This document shows positions 32,041-42,973 of a DNA stretch of 64,000 bases, piece after piece (within the stretch, counting starts at the first letter, position 1; every line of letters begins with the position of its first letter). The notes under the pieces were generated by a model. It did not search any database and was not told where the DNA came from. It was given only the letters and a program-made list of their open reading frames with translations. The stretch is from assembly GCA_963708025.1 (NCBI GenBank), contig CAVPSB010000014.1, forward strand, positions 480,001 through 544,000, given 5' to 3'. The DNA comes from an uncultured Candidatus Rokubacteria bacterium (GTDB taxonomy: Bacteria > Methylomirabilota > Methylomirabilia > Rokubacteriales > DASRDR01). Position numbers and translations under genes: made by a program.

Positions 32041-33780
32041 TCAGGCCCTCTCCACGATGTACGCCTGCGGGAGCGTATGGTAGTACAGGTTGGTATCGAT
32101 GACGAGGTCGCCGAACCGGTTCCGCGGCACGCCGCGTACCCACGGCTTGAGCGCCGCGTAGGGTGTCCCCCAGGTGACCGGCACGTAGGCCACCTCGGAC
32201 TGAAGGATCTCCTCGGCCTTTCGGTAGAGGGCCATCCGCTTCGGGTGGTCGCGTTCCCCCTGGGCCGCTTCCAGGAGGCGGTCGAACTGATCACTGACCC
32301 ACGCCTGGCGTCGGCCGGCGGTGGTGTTGCCGTAGAACGTGTCGAAGTACTCGTTGTGAGGGTCCGGGTAGTCGATGGACCAGCGATGCCAGATCAGCTG
32401 GAAGTCATGCTTCCAGAGCCGTTCCAGGAACACTCGACGCTCGAGGACGACGAGTTCGGTCTTCATGTTGAGGTGCTCGTGGAGCATCGCCTGGATCGCT
32501 TCGGCCATGGGCTTGGCGCCTTCCCCCTGCTCGCGCATCGTCAGCGCGATGGGAGGCCAGTTCCGGCCGGCTTCGAACGGGGTGCCGCGAAGCGCCGCCA
32601 GGGCGGCCTTCGGATCGAACCGCTGCCGGTCGCGGATCCGGCTGTCCTCGATATGTCCCGGCAGGCCCGGCGGCACCATGGAGTGTGCCGGGATGGCAAC
32701 CCCCTGCGCCACCTTCGCCACCGCCTCCCGATCGATGGCCTGGGATACCGCCCGACGGACCCTGAGATTGTCGAATGGCGGTTTCGTGACCTGCGGCGTG
32801 AGATACCACGTCTGCGGGCGCGGATAGCGGAACACCTGCTTGCTCAAAACGGGATCGGCCAGGGCGCGCGTCAGTTCGCCGGGCGGCACGAGCGTGAAGT
32901 CCACCTCGTTGTTCTCGTATGGGAGGAACCCGGACGCCAGCGGGATGATCGGTACGACGACCCGCTCGAGCCGGACGTGCTGCGCGTCGAAATAGTAAGG
33001 GTTCCGCTTGAGCACGAATTGCCGGTGATGATCCCAGGACTCGAGAACGAATGGGCCGTTGCTCACGATGTTCGGGGGGAGGGTCCACTTGTCTCCGTGC
33101 TTTTCGACAGCCGGCCGATACGCCGGAAGCCCCACCAAGTACCCGGTGAGGACCGGGAAGTAGGCGCGGGGACCCTCGAGCGTCACCACCAGGGTGTGGT
33201 CGTCCTTCGCGTGCACCCCCAGGAGGGCCGAATCTTTGATTTGCCCATTGTTGAACGCCCTTGAGTTTTTGATGTCGTAGAGAAACGACGCGTGAAGCGC
33301 GCCGGTGGCCGGATCGAGCTTGCGCCTCCAGGACCAGACGAAATCGTGAGCGGTACACGCCGCGCCGTTGGACCATCGGGCGTCCTTCCGCAGGTAGAAG
33401 GTCCAGACGGACGCGTCCTCGTTGGATTCGAGTCTCGACGCCACGTGGGGGACCGGCAGGAAGTCGGCACTGAAGCGGACGAGGCCCGCGAACAAAGCCG
33501 GGTGGCCTCCACACCAGATGTCCTTGTTGAAATCGTGGCTCAGCGGGTCCTGCGCGAAGTACCCGCCGCCCCCGATCCGGAGCACCTGGTCCCGCGCGAG
33601 CTTCTCTCCGGGCGCGAGCTGCGGCGTCCCTGCGCGGGCGGATGGGGCGAACCCCGGTCCGGCGGCAGCCAGACCCGCGACGATTCGGAGAAAGCCGCGC
33701 CGGCTGACCCCGATCGTGGCAAGTCGCTGCTCGAGGAGCGTGAGCTGACGGTCCGGTATGCGCACGGTCGGCCCTCCCAT
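32041..33780 (-). CDS. Peptide ABC transporter substrate-binding protein (OppA-like, Tat motif)
   Basis: SRRGFL, WTFYLRKDARWSNG, SNGPF, PPFDNLRVRRA. Confidence 0.9.
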   Translation of the reverse strand: MGGPTVRIPDRQLTLLEQRLATIGVSRRGFLRIVAGLAAAGPGFAPSARAGTPQLAPGEKLARDQVLRIGGGGYFAQDPLSHDFNKDIWCGGHPALFAGLVRFSADFLPVPHVASRLESNEDASVWTFYLRKDARWSNGAACTAHDFVWSWRRKLDPATGALHASFLYDIKNSRAFNNGQIKDSALLGVHAKDDHTLVVTLEGPRAYFPVLTGYLVGLPAYRPAVEKHGDKWTLPPNIVSNGPFVLESWDHHRQFVLKRNPYYFDAQHVRLERVVVPIIPLASGFLPYENNEVDFTLVPPGELTRALADPVLSKQVFRYPRPQTWYLTPQVTKPPFDNLRVRRAVSQAIDREAVAKVAQGVAIPAHSMVPPGLPGHIEDSRIRDRQRFDPKAALAALRGTPFEAGRNWPPIALTMREQGEGAKPMAEAIQAMLHEHLNMKTELVVLERRVFLERLWKHDFQLIWHRWSIDYPDPHNEYFDTFYGNTTAGRRQAWVSDQFDRLLEAAQGERDHPKRMALYRKAEEILQSEVAYVPVTWGTPYAALKPWVRGVPRNRFGDLVIDTNLYYHTLPQAYIVERA

Positions 33781-33899
33781 CGGGTCAAAGAATGGCGAGA
33801 GGATAATTGCAAGAATCGATCCTCCAGCCGCGTCCACGCGACGTCCGGCGCCGCACATACGTGGGACAGCTCCCGGGTCATGTCGGCGGAGATCCTGAC

Positions 33900-34095
33900 G
33901 CGATCGGCTGGTCGACCAGATACTTGGCTGCGGGAGGGCCTCGAAGACGAACGGGAGGATGCCTTGGCCCACCTGTCCGGGTCCCCACCGGAGCCTACCA
34001 TACTACGCGCCTCCCGCCCGCCCCTCTTTCACCGAATGGGTGCGTGCCCTGGCAAGCCTGGCGCGGCCTTCAGCCCGTTGGCGCGGAATCAGGGG
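33900..34095 (-). mobile_element. Possible IS1380-family left-end fragment
   Basis: GTG-start peptide MGQGILPFVFEA resembles IS1380 transposase N-termini; upstream CCCTGATTCC may be the element end. Confidence 0.35.
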
Positions 34096-34108
34096 GAGCC
34101 CGGTTTCC

Positions 34109-34137
34109 TTGACAAGGGATCGGGGGGTCGATATCGT
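34109..34137 (+). promoter_or_regulatory. Sigma-70 promoter of the galT-like gene
   Basis: TTGACA-N17-TATCGT. Confidence 0.55.
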
Positions 34138-34216
34138 TAGCGATGTCATTGTTTTTACAGGCCGTTGCGTCGATGGGGCGGCTTCGGGCGGCGCCCTGGG
34201 CCGCGAGGGAGTGGCG

Positions 34217-35236
34217 ATGAAGGGTGAGCTACGAAAGGACCCGGCCACCGGCAAGTGGGTGCTCGTCCGCCGACCCGGGGCGCTCCCGTGGGACGGGAGC
34301 GTTGACGCATGCCCATTCTGCCCGGGGAACGAGCGCCTGACCCCGGGCGAGATCGCCGCCTACCGGCCGGCCGACAGCGCGACCAACGGGCCGGGGTGGC
34401 AGGTGAGGGTGATCCCGGAGGGCGATCCCTATTTCATGATCGAGGAGGAGCTCGTCCGCGAGGGCGTGGGGATGTTCGACCGGATCAGCAACCGGGGGGC
34501 CAGCGAGATTGTCATCGAAGACCCGCGACACGAGACCACCCTCCCGACCATGGACGAGGATCAGCTGATCCGGGTGCTCTCGATGTACCGGGACCGCATC
34601 CAGGACCTGAAGCGGGACAGCAAGATCCGCAACGTGGTGGTGACCCGGCGGCACGGCAAGACCGGGGCCCGGATCCGCCACCCGTACTCGCGGATCCTGG
34701 CCACGCCGATCGTCTTCGACGACATTCGGGCCGAGCTGACCCAGGCGCGTGAGTACTTCGGCTACAAGCGGCGCTGCGTTTACTGCGACGTGGTCCGCGA
34801 GGAGATGGCCAGCGCCGATCGCGTGGTGCGCACCACCGGGGAGTTCGTGGCGTTCGTCCCCTATGCCGCGCGGGCTCCGTACGAGCTGCGCGTCATCCCA
34901 CGGCGCCACGCCTGCGCCTTCGAGGATTTGTCCAGCGAGCAGGCCGCGGATCTGGCCCGTCTGCTCCGCGGCCTCATGGCGGTCGTCAGCAAGGCGCTGG
35001 GCGACCCTCCCTACGAGATGATGCTCCACACGGCGCCCAATCTCCAGGTGAAGGTCCTGCAGGGCGAGTGGGACACGGTGGCACGGGACTACCATTGGCA
35101 CCTGGAGATCACGCCCGGCCCCGACCGGCGGACCGGCGTGGCGGGCATTGCCGTCAACGAGATCTTCCCGGAGGAAGCGGCCCGGTTCCTCCGGGAGGGC
35201 GGCGCCTCGACGAACCAGCACGCGCCGGCGAACTGA
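34217..35236 (+). CDS. GalT/HIT-superfamily nucleotidyltransferase-like protein with an altered active-site motif
   Basis: ELRKDP..G.WV, CPFCPGNE..TP.EI, CVYCD, YHWHLEI; HPHxQ is replaced by HPYSR. Confidence 0.8.
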   Translation: MKGELRKDPATGKWVLVRRPGALPWDGSVDACPFCPGNERLTPGEIAAYRPADSATNGPGWQVRVIPEGDPYFMIEEELVREGVGMFDRISNRGASEIVIEDPRHETTLPTMDEDQLIRVLSMYRDRIQDLKRDSKIRNVVVTRRHGKTGARIRHPYSRILATPIVFDDIRAELTQAREYFGYKRRCVYCDVVREEMASADRVVRTTGEFVAFVPYAARAPYELRVIPRRHACAFEDLSSEQAADLARLLRGLMAVVSKALGDPPYEMMLHTAPNLQVKVLQGEWDTVARDYHWHLEITPGPDRRTGVAGIAVNEIFPEEAARFLREGGASTNQHAPAN

Positions 35237-35327
35237 GAGGGTGTGAAGGAATGGGGTCCTCCGGCTCCCCCTTCCCCCCGGTGGGTGGGGGAGGGGGGTT
35301 GGGGGGGTGGGCGGGAGGTCCCGAACT
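35235..35327. repeat. Single copy of the C-rich/G-rich intergenic repeat also arrayed at 57565-58178
   Basis: GAGAGGGTGTGAAG...CTCCCCCTTCCCCCCGGTGGGTGGGGGAGGGGGGTTGGGGGGGTGGGCGGGAGGTCCCGAA. Confidence 0.75.
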
Positions 35328-35369
35328 GAACCAATGCCGCCGGAGGCTCCGCTATCGCCGCCCGTCGGC

Positions 35370-35472
35370 TCCTCGCAACCGGCCCGCTTCGGCCGCGCGG
35401 CCCTGGCGTTCCACTTCGAGCCGCGGCTTCGCCGCGGCTTCCGACGGGGGGAATCGGGGGGCTTCCGAGACC
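35370..35472. repeat. Dispersed palindromic repeat (inverted copy at ~59745-59850)
   Basis: Core GGCCCTGGCGTTCCACYTCGAGCCGCGGCWTCGCCGCGGCYTCCGA is shared. Confidence 0.7.
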
Positions 35473-35486
35473 CCTCCCGAAGGATC

Positions 35487-36800
<1,314 letters not shown>

Positions 36801-36832
36801 CGCATCGACTGGGGAAGTCTCGGGTTTTCCTC

Positions 36833-36887
36833 TTGACAGGCTGTCGGCCGCGTGTGATCCTCATATACGACCAAATAGGTCGGCGAT
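36833..36887 (+). promoter_or_regulatory. isc promoter with an IscR/Rrf2-type operator
   Basis: TTGACA at 36833; ATATACGACCAAATAGGTCGGCGAT at 36863-36887 (CGACC-N5-GGTCG dyad). Confidence 0.7.
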
Positions 36888-36898
36888 CGGAGAGGTCG

Positions 36899-37345
36899 GT
36901 GTTACGGTTCACCAAGAAAGCTGACTACGGCCTCATGGCGATTCATTATATCGCGTTCCACCAGCATGACGGGGTGGCGAACGCGAAGCGGATCGCCGAG
37001 GACCTGGGCATTCCGGCGGAGCTGCTGGCGAAGATCCTGCAGCGGCTCGCCAAGCGCCGCCTGATCAAGAGCTCGAACGGTCCCAAGGGCGGCTACGTCC
37101 TGGCCCGTGAGCCCGGGCGGATCATGGTGGGGGACGTGCTCCGGGCCATCGAGGGTCCGCTGAGCATCGTCCAGTGCTACCAGGACCTTCAGTGCCCCCA
37201 GCTTGGCCGGTGCAACATCCGGAAGCCGGTGTGGATGATCCAGACGAGCATCGAGCAACTCCTGGATACGCTGAGCCTTGAAGAGATGAATCGTTTCCAG
37301 GCGCCGGCCGAGCTCCGCTTGCCGCTGGCCGGCGTGACCAACTGA
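36899..37345 (+). CDS. Rrf2-family transcriptional regulator (IscR-like)
   Basis: KKADYGL, L.KILQRL, GPKGGY.L, three Cys; first gene of the isc operon. Confidence 0.9.
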   Translation: MLRFTKKADYGLMAIHYIAFHQHDGVANAKRIAEDLGIPAELLAKILQRLAKRRLIKSSNGPKGGYVLAREPGRIMVGDVLRAIEGPLSIVQCYQDLQCPQLGRCNIRKPVWMIQTSIEQLLDTLSLEEMNRFQAPAELRLPLAGVTN

Positions 37346-37358
37346 GGAGATCCGGGTC

Positions 37359-38585
37359 ATGGCAGTGAAGCTTCCCATCTTCATGGACAGTCAGTCGACG
37401 ACGCCGATGGACCCGCGGGTCCTGGAGGCGATGCTCCCGTACTTCACGGAGAAGTTCGGGCACCCGGGCAGTCGCAACCATCCCTTCGGCTGGGAAGCGG
37501 AGGCCGGGATGGAGCGTGGCCGGGAGCAGCTCGCCAAGCTGATCGGCGCCCGGGACCCGAAGGAGATCGTCTTCACCTCCGGGGGGACCGAGTCCGACAA
37601 CTTGGCCTTGAAGGGCGTCGCCGAGATGTACCGGGAGAAGGGCAACCACGTCATCACCACGATGATCGAGCACCGAGCCGTGCTCGACCCCTGCCACCGC
37701 CTCGAGAAGCAGGGCCTGAAGGTCACGTATCTGCCGGTCGCGGCGGACGGCATCGTCGACCCCGACGAGATCCGGAAGGCGCTCACCGACAAGACCATTC
37801 TCATCTCGGTGATGTTCGCCAACAACGAGATCGGGACGATCCAGCCGATCGCCGAGATCGGGAAGCTGGCCAAGGAGAAGGGCATCCTGTTCCACACCGA
37901 CGCGACCCAGGCGGTCGGGAAGATCCCGGTGGACGTCGAGACGCTGGGGATCGACCTCCTCACCTGCTCGGCGCACAAGATATACGGCCCGAAGGGAATC
38001 GGCGCCCTCTACGTGCGGCGCCGGGCGCCGCGGGTCCGGATCGCGCCCATGATCGACGGCGGCGGCCATGAGCGGGGCACCCGGTCGGGGACGGTGCCGG
38101 TGCCGCTGGCGGCAGGCTTCGGAAAGGCGGCCGAGCTCTGCGGTCAGCTCATGGTCGAGGAGGGGGCGCGCCTGGCCAAGCTGCGGGACACGCTGCAGGA
38201 CCGGATCCTGTCGTCGGTGGACGAGACGTACCTGAACGGGCACCCCGAGAAGCGGCTGCCCCACAACCTGAACATCTCGTTCGCGTACGTCGAGGGCGAG
38301 TCGGTGCTGATGGGGCTGAACAAGGAGGTCGCGCTGTCCTCGGGATCGGCCTGCACGTCGGCGACCCTCGAGCCGTCCTACGTCATCGCGGCGCTCGGAG
38401 TGGGCGCGGACCTCGCCCACTCGTCGATCCGTTTCGGGCTGCATCGGTTCACGACCGAGGAAGAGGTCGGGTACGTCGCGGACCGGACGATCGAGGTCGT
38501 CAAGCGGCTGCGAGAGATGTCCCCGCTCTACGAGTTGGCGAAAGAAGGGGTCGATCTCAAGTCCATTCAGTGGAAGGCCGAGTAA
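37359..38585 (+). CDS. iscS: Cysteine desulfurase IscS
   Basis: SAHKIYGPKG, SSGSACTSATLEPSYV, MSPLYE. Confidence 0.95.
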   Translation: MAVKLPIFMDSQSTTPMDPRVLEAMLPYFTEKFGHPGSRNHPFGWEAEAGMERGREQLAKLIGARDPKEIVFTSGGTESDNLALKGVAEMYREKGNHVITTMIEHRAVLDPCHRLEKQGLKVTYLPVAADGIVDPDEIRKALTDKTILISVMFANNEIGTIQPIAEIGKLAKEKGILFHTDATQAVGKIPVDVETLGIDLLTCSAHKIYGPKGIGALYVRRRAPRVRIAPMIDGGGHERGTRSGTVPVPLAAGFGKAAELCGQLMVEEGARLAKLRDTLQDRILSSVDETYLNGHPEKRLPHNLNISFAYVEGESVLMGLNKEVALSSGSACTSATLEPSYVIAALGVGADLAHSSIRFGLHRFTTEEEVGYVADRTIEVVKRLREMSPLYELAKEGVDLKSIQWKAE

Positions 38586-38598
38586 AGGGGGACGTCAC

Positions 38599-39012
38599 AT
38601 GGCCTACAGCGAGAAGGTGATCGATCACTACAACAACCCCCGCAACGTCGGGTCCTTCACCAAGGACACGCCAGGGCTGGGCACCGGGCTGGTCGGGGCG
38701 CCGGAGTGCGGGGACGTGATGAAGCTGCAGATCAAGGTGAACCTGGACACCGGTGTCATCGAGGACGCCAAGTTCAAGACCTTCGGCTGCGGCTCGGCGA
38801 TCGCCAGCTCGAGCCTGGCCACGGAGTGGCTGAAGGGGAAGAGCGTCGACGATGCGCTGAAGATCAAGAACACCGACATCGTGAACGAGCTGAAGCTGCC
38901 GCCGGTGAAGATCCACTGCTCGGTCCTGGCCGAGGACGCCATCAAGGCGGCCATCAAGGACTTCCAGGAGAAGCTTGCCGAGAAGCAGGCCGAGGCGGCG
39001 GCCCGGCCGTAG
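38599..39012 (+). CDS. iscU: Fe-S scaffold IscU
   Basis: AYSEKVIDHY.NPRNVG, CGD, FGCGSA, LPPVKIHCS. Confidence 0.97.
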   Translation: MAYSEKVIDHYNNPRNVGSFTKDTPGLGTGLVGAPECGDVMKLQIKVNLDTGVIEDAKFKTFGCGSAIASSSLATEWLKGKSVDDALKIKNTDIVNELKLPPVKIHCSVLAEDAIKAAIKDFQEKLAEKQAEAAARP

Positions 39013-39030
39013 CGGAGGGAGCGACGGATC

Positions 39031-39357
39031 ATGGCCGTGAATGTGAGTCCCGGGGCGGTCAAGCGAGTGAAGGAGATGATGGAGAGCCAGAATCTCCAGA
39101 ATGCGTTCCTTCGCATGGGCGTCAAGGGCGGCGGGTGCTCCGGGCTCCAGTACAACCTGGAGTTCGACACCGAGATGGGCAAGTTCGACAAGCAGTTCGA
39201 GGTCGACGGCGTGAAGGTGGTGGTCAACGTGAAGAGCTACCTCTACCTGAACGGCACGACGCTCGACTGGGTGACTCAGGGGCTGACGGGCGGCTTCACG
39301 TTCGTGAACCCGAACGCGAAGTCGAGCTGCGGCTGCGGGACCTCGTTCACCACCTAA
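39031..39357 (+). CDS. iscA: A-type Fe-S carrier IscA
   Basis: GGGCSG, NPNAKSSCGCG. Confidence 0.95.
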   Translation: MAVNVSPGAVKRVKEMMESQNLQNAFLRMGVKGGGCSGLQYNLEFDTEMGKFDKQFEVDGVKVVVNVKSYLYLNGTTLDWVTQGLTGGFTFVNPNAKSSCGCGTSFTT

Positions 39358-39424
39358 GAGAAGCCAGCGGGCCCGCGCACGCCAATGACCGGGCCTCGAG
39401 GCCCGGTCTGATTTTGGGGAGACG

Positions 39425-40099
39425 GTGACGACGGACGGACCGCTCGTGAAGTGCCGGCAGTGCGGGACGGAGACGCCGGGTGGGGGAGTCTGTCCGGAGT
39501 GCGGCCACCTCCAGCCGCTCGCGGCCGGGATCGACCACTGGGCCGTGCTCGGCCTCTCGCGGAGCTTGCAGCTCGAGCGGGCCGATCTGGAGCGGCGCTT
39601 CCACGAGCTGAACCGGCGCTTCCACCCGGACTATTTCCGGCTGCGCGGGGCCGAGGAGCAGGCGACCAGCCTGGAGAACTCGGCGGCGGTCAACGCGGCG
39701 TACCGGACGCTCCGGGAGCCGGTGAGCCGTGTGGAGTACCTCCTCGAGCTCGAGGGCCTCGCCCTGGGGACGGCCGGCCAGGCGCGCCCGCCGGCGGACC
39801 TGTTCGAGGAGATCATGGAGCTGCAGGAGGCCCGCCAGGAGCTGGAAGCGGCCGGCGCCGACGCTCCCGGGGAGCTGCGCGCGCGGCTCGAGGCGGCCCG
39901 GGGCGAGCTGGAGGTGCGGCGACAGACCACCGACGGCGAGCTGGTGGCCCTCTTCCCCCGGTGGGACGCGGCGGGGGAGGACGAGCGGCGGCGTCTCCTG
40001 GGACGGATGCGGGACGTCCTGGCCACGCGGGCGTATCTCAAGACGGTCCTCCGCGACCTGGGCGCGACCCTGGAGACCGTCGGCGGAAGGGTGGGGTGA
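39425..40099 (+). CDS. hscB: Co-chaperone HscB
   Basis: N-terminal CxxC..CxxC, J-domain HPD, NAAYRTL..P..R.EYLL. Confidence 0.92.
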   Translation: MTTDGPLVKCRQCGTETPGGGVCPECGHLQPLAAGIDHWAVLGLSRSLQLERADLERRFHELNRRFHPDYFRLRGAEEQATSLENSAAVNAAYRTLREPVSRVEYLLELEGLALGTAGQARPPADLFEEIMELQEARQELEAAGADAPGELRARLEAARGELEVRRQTTDGELVALFPRWDAAGEDERRRLLGRMRDVLATRAYLKTVLRDLGATLETVGGRVG

Positions 40100-42006
40100 T
40101 GGCGGAGCTCACGATCAAGCCGGCCTCGCGGGCGAAGCCCGCCAGGGCGGGGGACGACCGGACCGGCGCGCCGAAGGAGTTGGTCGTCGGCATCGATCTC
40201 GGCACGACGAACAGCCTGGTCGCCTACATGGACGGGGACGTGCCCCGGATCATCACCGACGAGGACGGGCGAGGGCTCCTGCCCTCGGTGGTGGCGTTTG
40301 GACCGGACGGCCCGGTGGTCGGGGAGGCCGCCAAGCGGCAGCTGGTCCGGCGGGCAGAGCGCGCCGTGTACTCGGTCAAGCGCTTCATGGGGAAGGGGTA
40401 CGACGACGTCAAGGACGAGCTGCGCTACTTCCCCTTCCACATCACGCCCAGCCAGGAGGTCGTGCGCATTCGCATCGCCGACCGGGAGCTGACGCCACCG
40501 GAGATCTCGGCCCTGATCCTCAAGGAGCTGAAGCAGCGCGCCGAGCGGCATCTCGACCGGCCGGTGGAGAAGGCCGTCATCACGGTCCCGGCCTACTTCA
40601 ACGACAGCCAGCGGCAGGCGACGAAGGACGCCGGCCGCATCGCGGGGCTCGACGTCCTGCGGATCGTCAACGAGCCGACGGCGGCCTGTCTCGCCTACGG
40701 CCTCCAGCGGAAGAAGGAAGGGATCATCGCCGTCTACGACCTCGGGGGCGGGACGTTCGACATCTCGATCCTCAAGGTCCGGGACGGCATCTTCGAGGTG
40801 CTCTCGACGAACGGCGACACCCACCTCGGCGGCGACGATTTCGACCGCGTGCTCGTCAACCTGATCCTCGCCGACGTGCGGGCGCGGCACGGCGTGGACA
40901 TCGCCTCCGATCCGGAGGCGATGCAGGAGATCCGGCTCGGTGCCGAGGCGGCGCGGATCGTCCTGTCGAGCGCCGAGCAGACCACGCTGACGATCCCGAT
41001 GTCCCAGCACGGCTTCGAGTACCGGCGGGAGCTGGGCCGGGCCGAGCTGGAGCGGCTGATCGATCCCATCGTGGGGCGGACGCTCGAGCCCTGCCGGACG
41101 GCTCTGGCCGATGCTGGGATGACGCCGGCCCAGATCGACGAGGTGGTGCTGGTCGGCGGCGCGACCCGGACGCCCCTGGTCCGGCGGCGGGTCGAGGCGC
41201 TGTTCGCCCGGCGGCCCCACTCCGAGCTGAACCCGGACGAGGTGGTGGCGCTCGGCGCCGCGGTCCAGGCCGACATCCTGGCCGGCGGGACCACCCACCT
41301 GCTCCTCCTGGACATCACGCCGCTCTCGCTGGGCATCGAGACGCTGGGCGGGGCGGTGAGCGTCCTGATCCCCCGCAACACCACGATTCCGACCTCGGCC
41401 AAGGAGGGTTTCACCACGTCGGTGGATGGCCAGGCCGTGGTGGACATGCACGTGGTCCAGGGCGAGCGAGACCTCGCGAAGGACAACCGCAGCCTGGCCC
41501 GGTTCGATCTCCGGGGGATCCCCCCGATGCCGGCCGGGCTGCCCCGGATCGAGGTGTCCTTCCTGATCGACGCCAACGGCATGCTGAACGTCACGGCCGT
41601 GGAGACGCGGAGCGGTTCCCAGGCGTCGGTGGAGGTGCGGCCGACCTACGGGCTGACCGACGCCGAGGTGGAGCGGATGGTCGAGGAGTCGCTCACGTTT
41701 GCCGAGGAGGACGTGCGGGCCCGCCTGCTGATCGACGCCCGGAACGAGGCCGAGACGGTGCTCCGGGCCACCGAGAAGGCCCTCGGGCAGGGGGCAGGTC
41801 TGGTCGCCGACGACGAGGTCGAGCGGATCCGGGCGGCTCTGGCCAGGCTGCGAGCGGCCCGGGACGGGGACGACGCCGACGCCATCCGCGACGCCACCGA
41901 CCGGCTGAACCACGAGACCCAGCACCTGGCGGAGCTCTTGATGGACGGGGCGCTGCGGGCGGCCCTGCAGAACCGCCGGGTGACGGCCGCGATCGAGAAG
42001 CCGTGA
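40099..42006 (+). CDS. hscA: Hsp70-family chaperone HscA
   Basis: GIDLGTTNS, DLGGGTFD; position in the isc operon. Confidence 0.9.
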   Translation: MAELTIKPASRAKPARAGDDRTGAPKELVVGIDLGTTNSLVAYMDGDVPRIITDEDGRGLLPSVVAFGPDGPVVGEAAKRQLVRRAERAVYSVKRFMGKGYDDVKDELRYFPFHITPSQEVVRIRIADRELTPPEISALILKELKQRAERHLDRPVEKAVITVPAYFNDSQRQATKDAGRIAGLDVLRIVNEPTAACLAYGLQRKKEGIIAVYDLGGGTFDISILKVRDGIFEVLSTNGDTHLGGDDFDRVLVNLILADVRARHGVDIASDPEAMQEIRLGAEAARIVLSSAEQTTLTIPMSQHGFEYRRELGRAELERLIDPIVGRTLEPCRTALADAGMTPAQIDEVVLVGGATRTPLVRRRVEALFARRPHSELNPDEVVALGAAVQADILAGGTTHLLLLDITPLSLGIETLGGAVSVLIPRNTTIPTSAKEGFTTSVDGQAVVDMHVVQGERDLAKDNRSLARFDLRGIPPMPAGLPRIEVSFLIDANGMLNVTAVETRSGSQASVEVRPTYGLTDAEVERMVEESLTFAEEDVRARLLIDARNEAETVLRATEKALGQGAGLVADDEVERIRAALARLRAARDGDDADAIRDATDRLNHETQHLAELLMDGALRAALQNRRVTAAIEKP

Positions 42007-42329
42007 TGGCCCGATACCGGGTGACCTTCTTGCCTCAGAACGTGACGGTCGAGGTCGACGACAAGGACTTTCCCTATGGAGATCACGGGAAGCCCGGGTC
42101 GCTCCTCGACATCGCCCTGCACAGCAACGTCCGGGTGGAGCACAACTGCGGGGGCAACTGCGCCTGCACGACCTGTCACGTCGTCGTGAAGGAGGGCGAG
42201 GAAAGTCTCTCCCCGATGGAGTCGGACGAGGAGGACCGCCTGGACACGGCCCAGGGGCTGACGCTCCACTCGCGGCTCGGCTGCCAGGCGGTGGTGCAGG
42301 GCGACGTCATCGTCGAGCTGGTGGAGTGA
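42006..42329 (+). CDS. fdx: ISC-type [2Fe-2S] ferredoxin
   Basis: HNCGGNCACTTCH, SRLGCQA. Confidence 0.92.
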   Translation: MARYRVTFLPQNVTVEVDDKDFPYGDHGKPGSLLDIALHSNVRVEHNCGGNCACTTCHVVVKEGEESLSPMESDEEDRLDTAQGLTLHSRLGCQAVVQGDVIVELVE

Positions 42330-42334
42330 CGAGC

Positions 42335-42547
42335 ATGGGACTCAAGTGGGGCGAGGCCGAGGACATCGCGATCGAGCTCGCGGAGAAGTTCCCCGATCTG
42401 GATCCGCTGACTGTCCGGTTCACCGACCTCTACCGGTGGGTGACCGAGCTGTCCGGCTTCGACGACGACCCGAAGGCGTCGAGCGAGGGGAAGCTGGAGG
42501 CGATTCAGATGAGATGGCTCGAGGAATACCGGGCGTCGCGGGAGTGA
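42335..42547 (+). CDS. iscX: Fe-S assembly protein IscX
   Basis: LKW...EDIAIEL..K.PD.DP..VRFTDL..WV..L..F.DDP. Confidence 0.93.
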   Translation: MGLKWGEAEDIAIELAEKFPDLDPLTVRFTDLYRWVTELSGFDDDPKASSEGKLEAIQMRWLEEYRASRE

Positions 42548-42706
42548 CGCGCCGTGCCGATTACCTTCGCATCCCGGCGTCGTTCGGACGGCCTTCAGCC
42601 TTCGGGGGCGGCGCCCATCCTCGGCGTACCAGGGCGTACGCCTCCGGTGGGCGCCGCTCTGCGTCCTTGGGCTGCTCGGTTCTCGGCCCGGCGCGGTACC
42701 CTCCGC

Positions 42707-42964
42707 CTACCAGGTGACGACGGTGTCGGCGGCGAAGATCAGATCCAGCAGACGGCCATGATCGATCGCTGGGTAGGCGGAGAGCGAGTCGCCGTTGCCA
42801 TCGGCGAGACGGAAGACCTCGCCGGCCAGTGGCTCGGACAGCACCGCGGCGTCCTGCAGCAGGACGATCGAGAGCCGATTGTCCGGGTCCCGGGCTTGCG
42901 CCGCGAGCACGTCGAGGGCCGTGCGGTTACCGGGATCCTTGAGCAGGTGGAGGATGTGGGGCAC
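42707..42964 (-). CDS. DsrH/TusB-like protein
   Basis: ILHLLK, VLLQDAAV, IDHGRLLDLIF..D.VVTW. Confidence 0.7.
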   Translation of the reverse strand: MPHILHLLKDPGNRTALDVLAAQARDPDNRLSIVLLQDAAVLSEPLAGEVFRLADGNGDSLSAYPAIDHGRLLDLIFAADTVVTW

Positions 42965-42973
42965 GGCCGAGGC

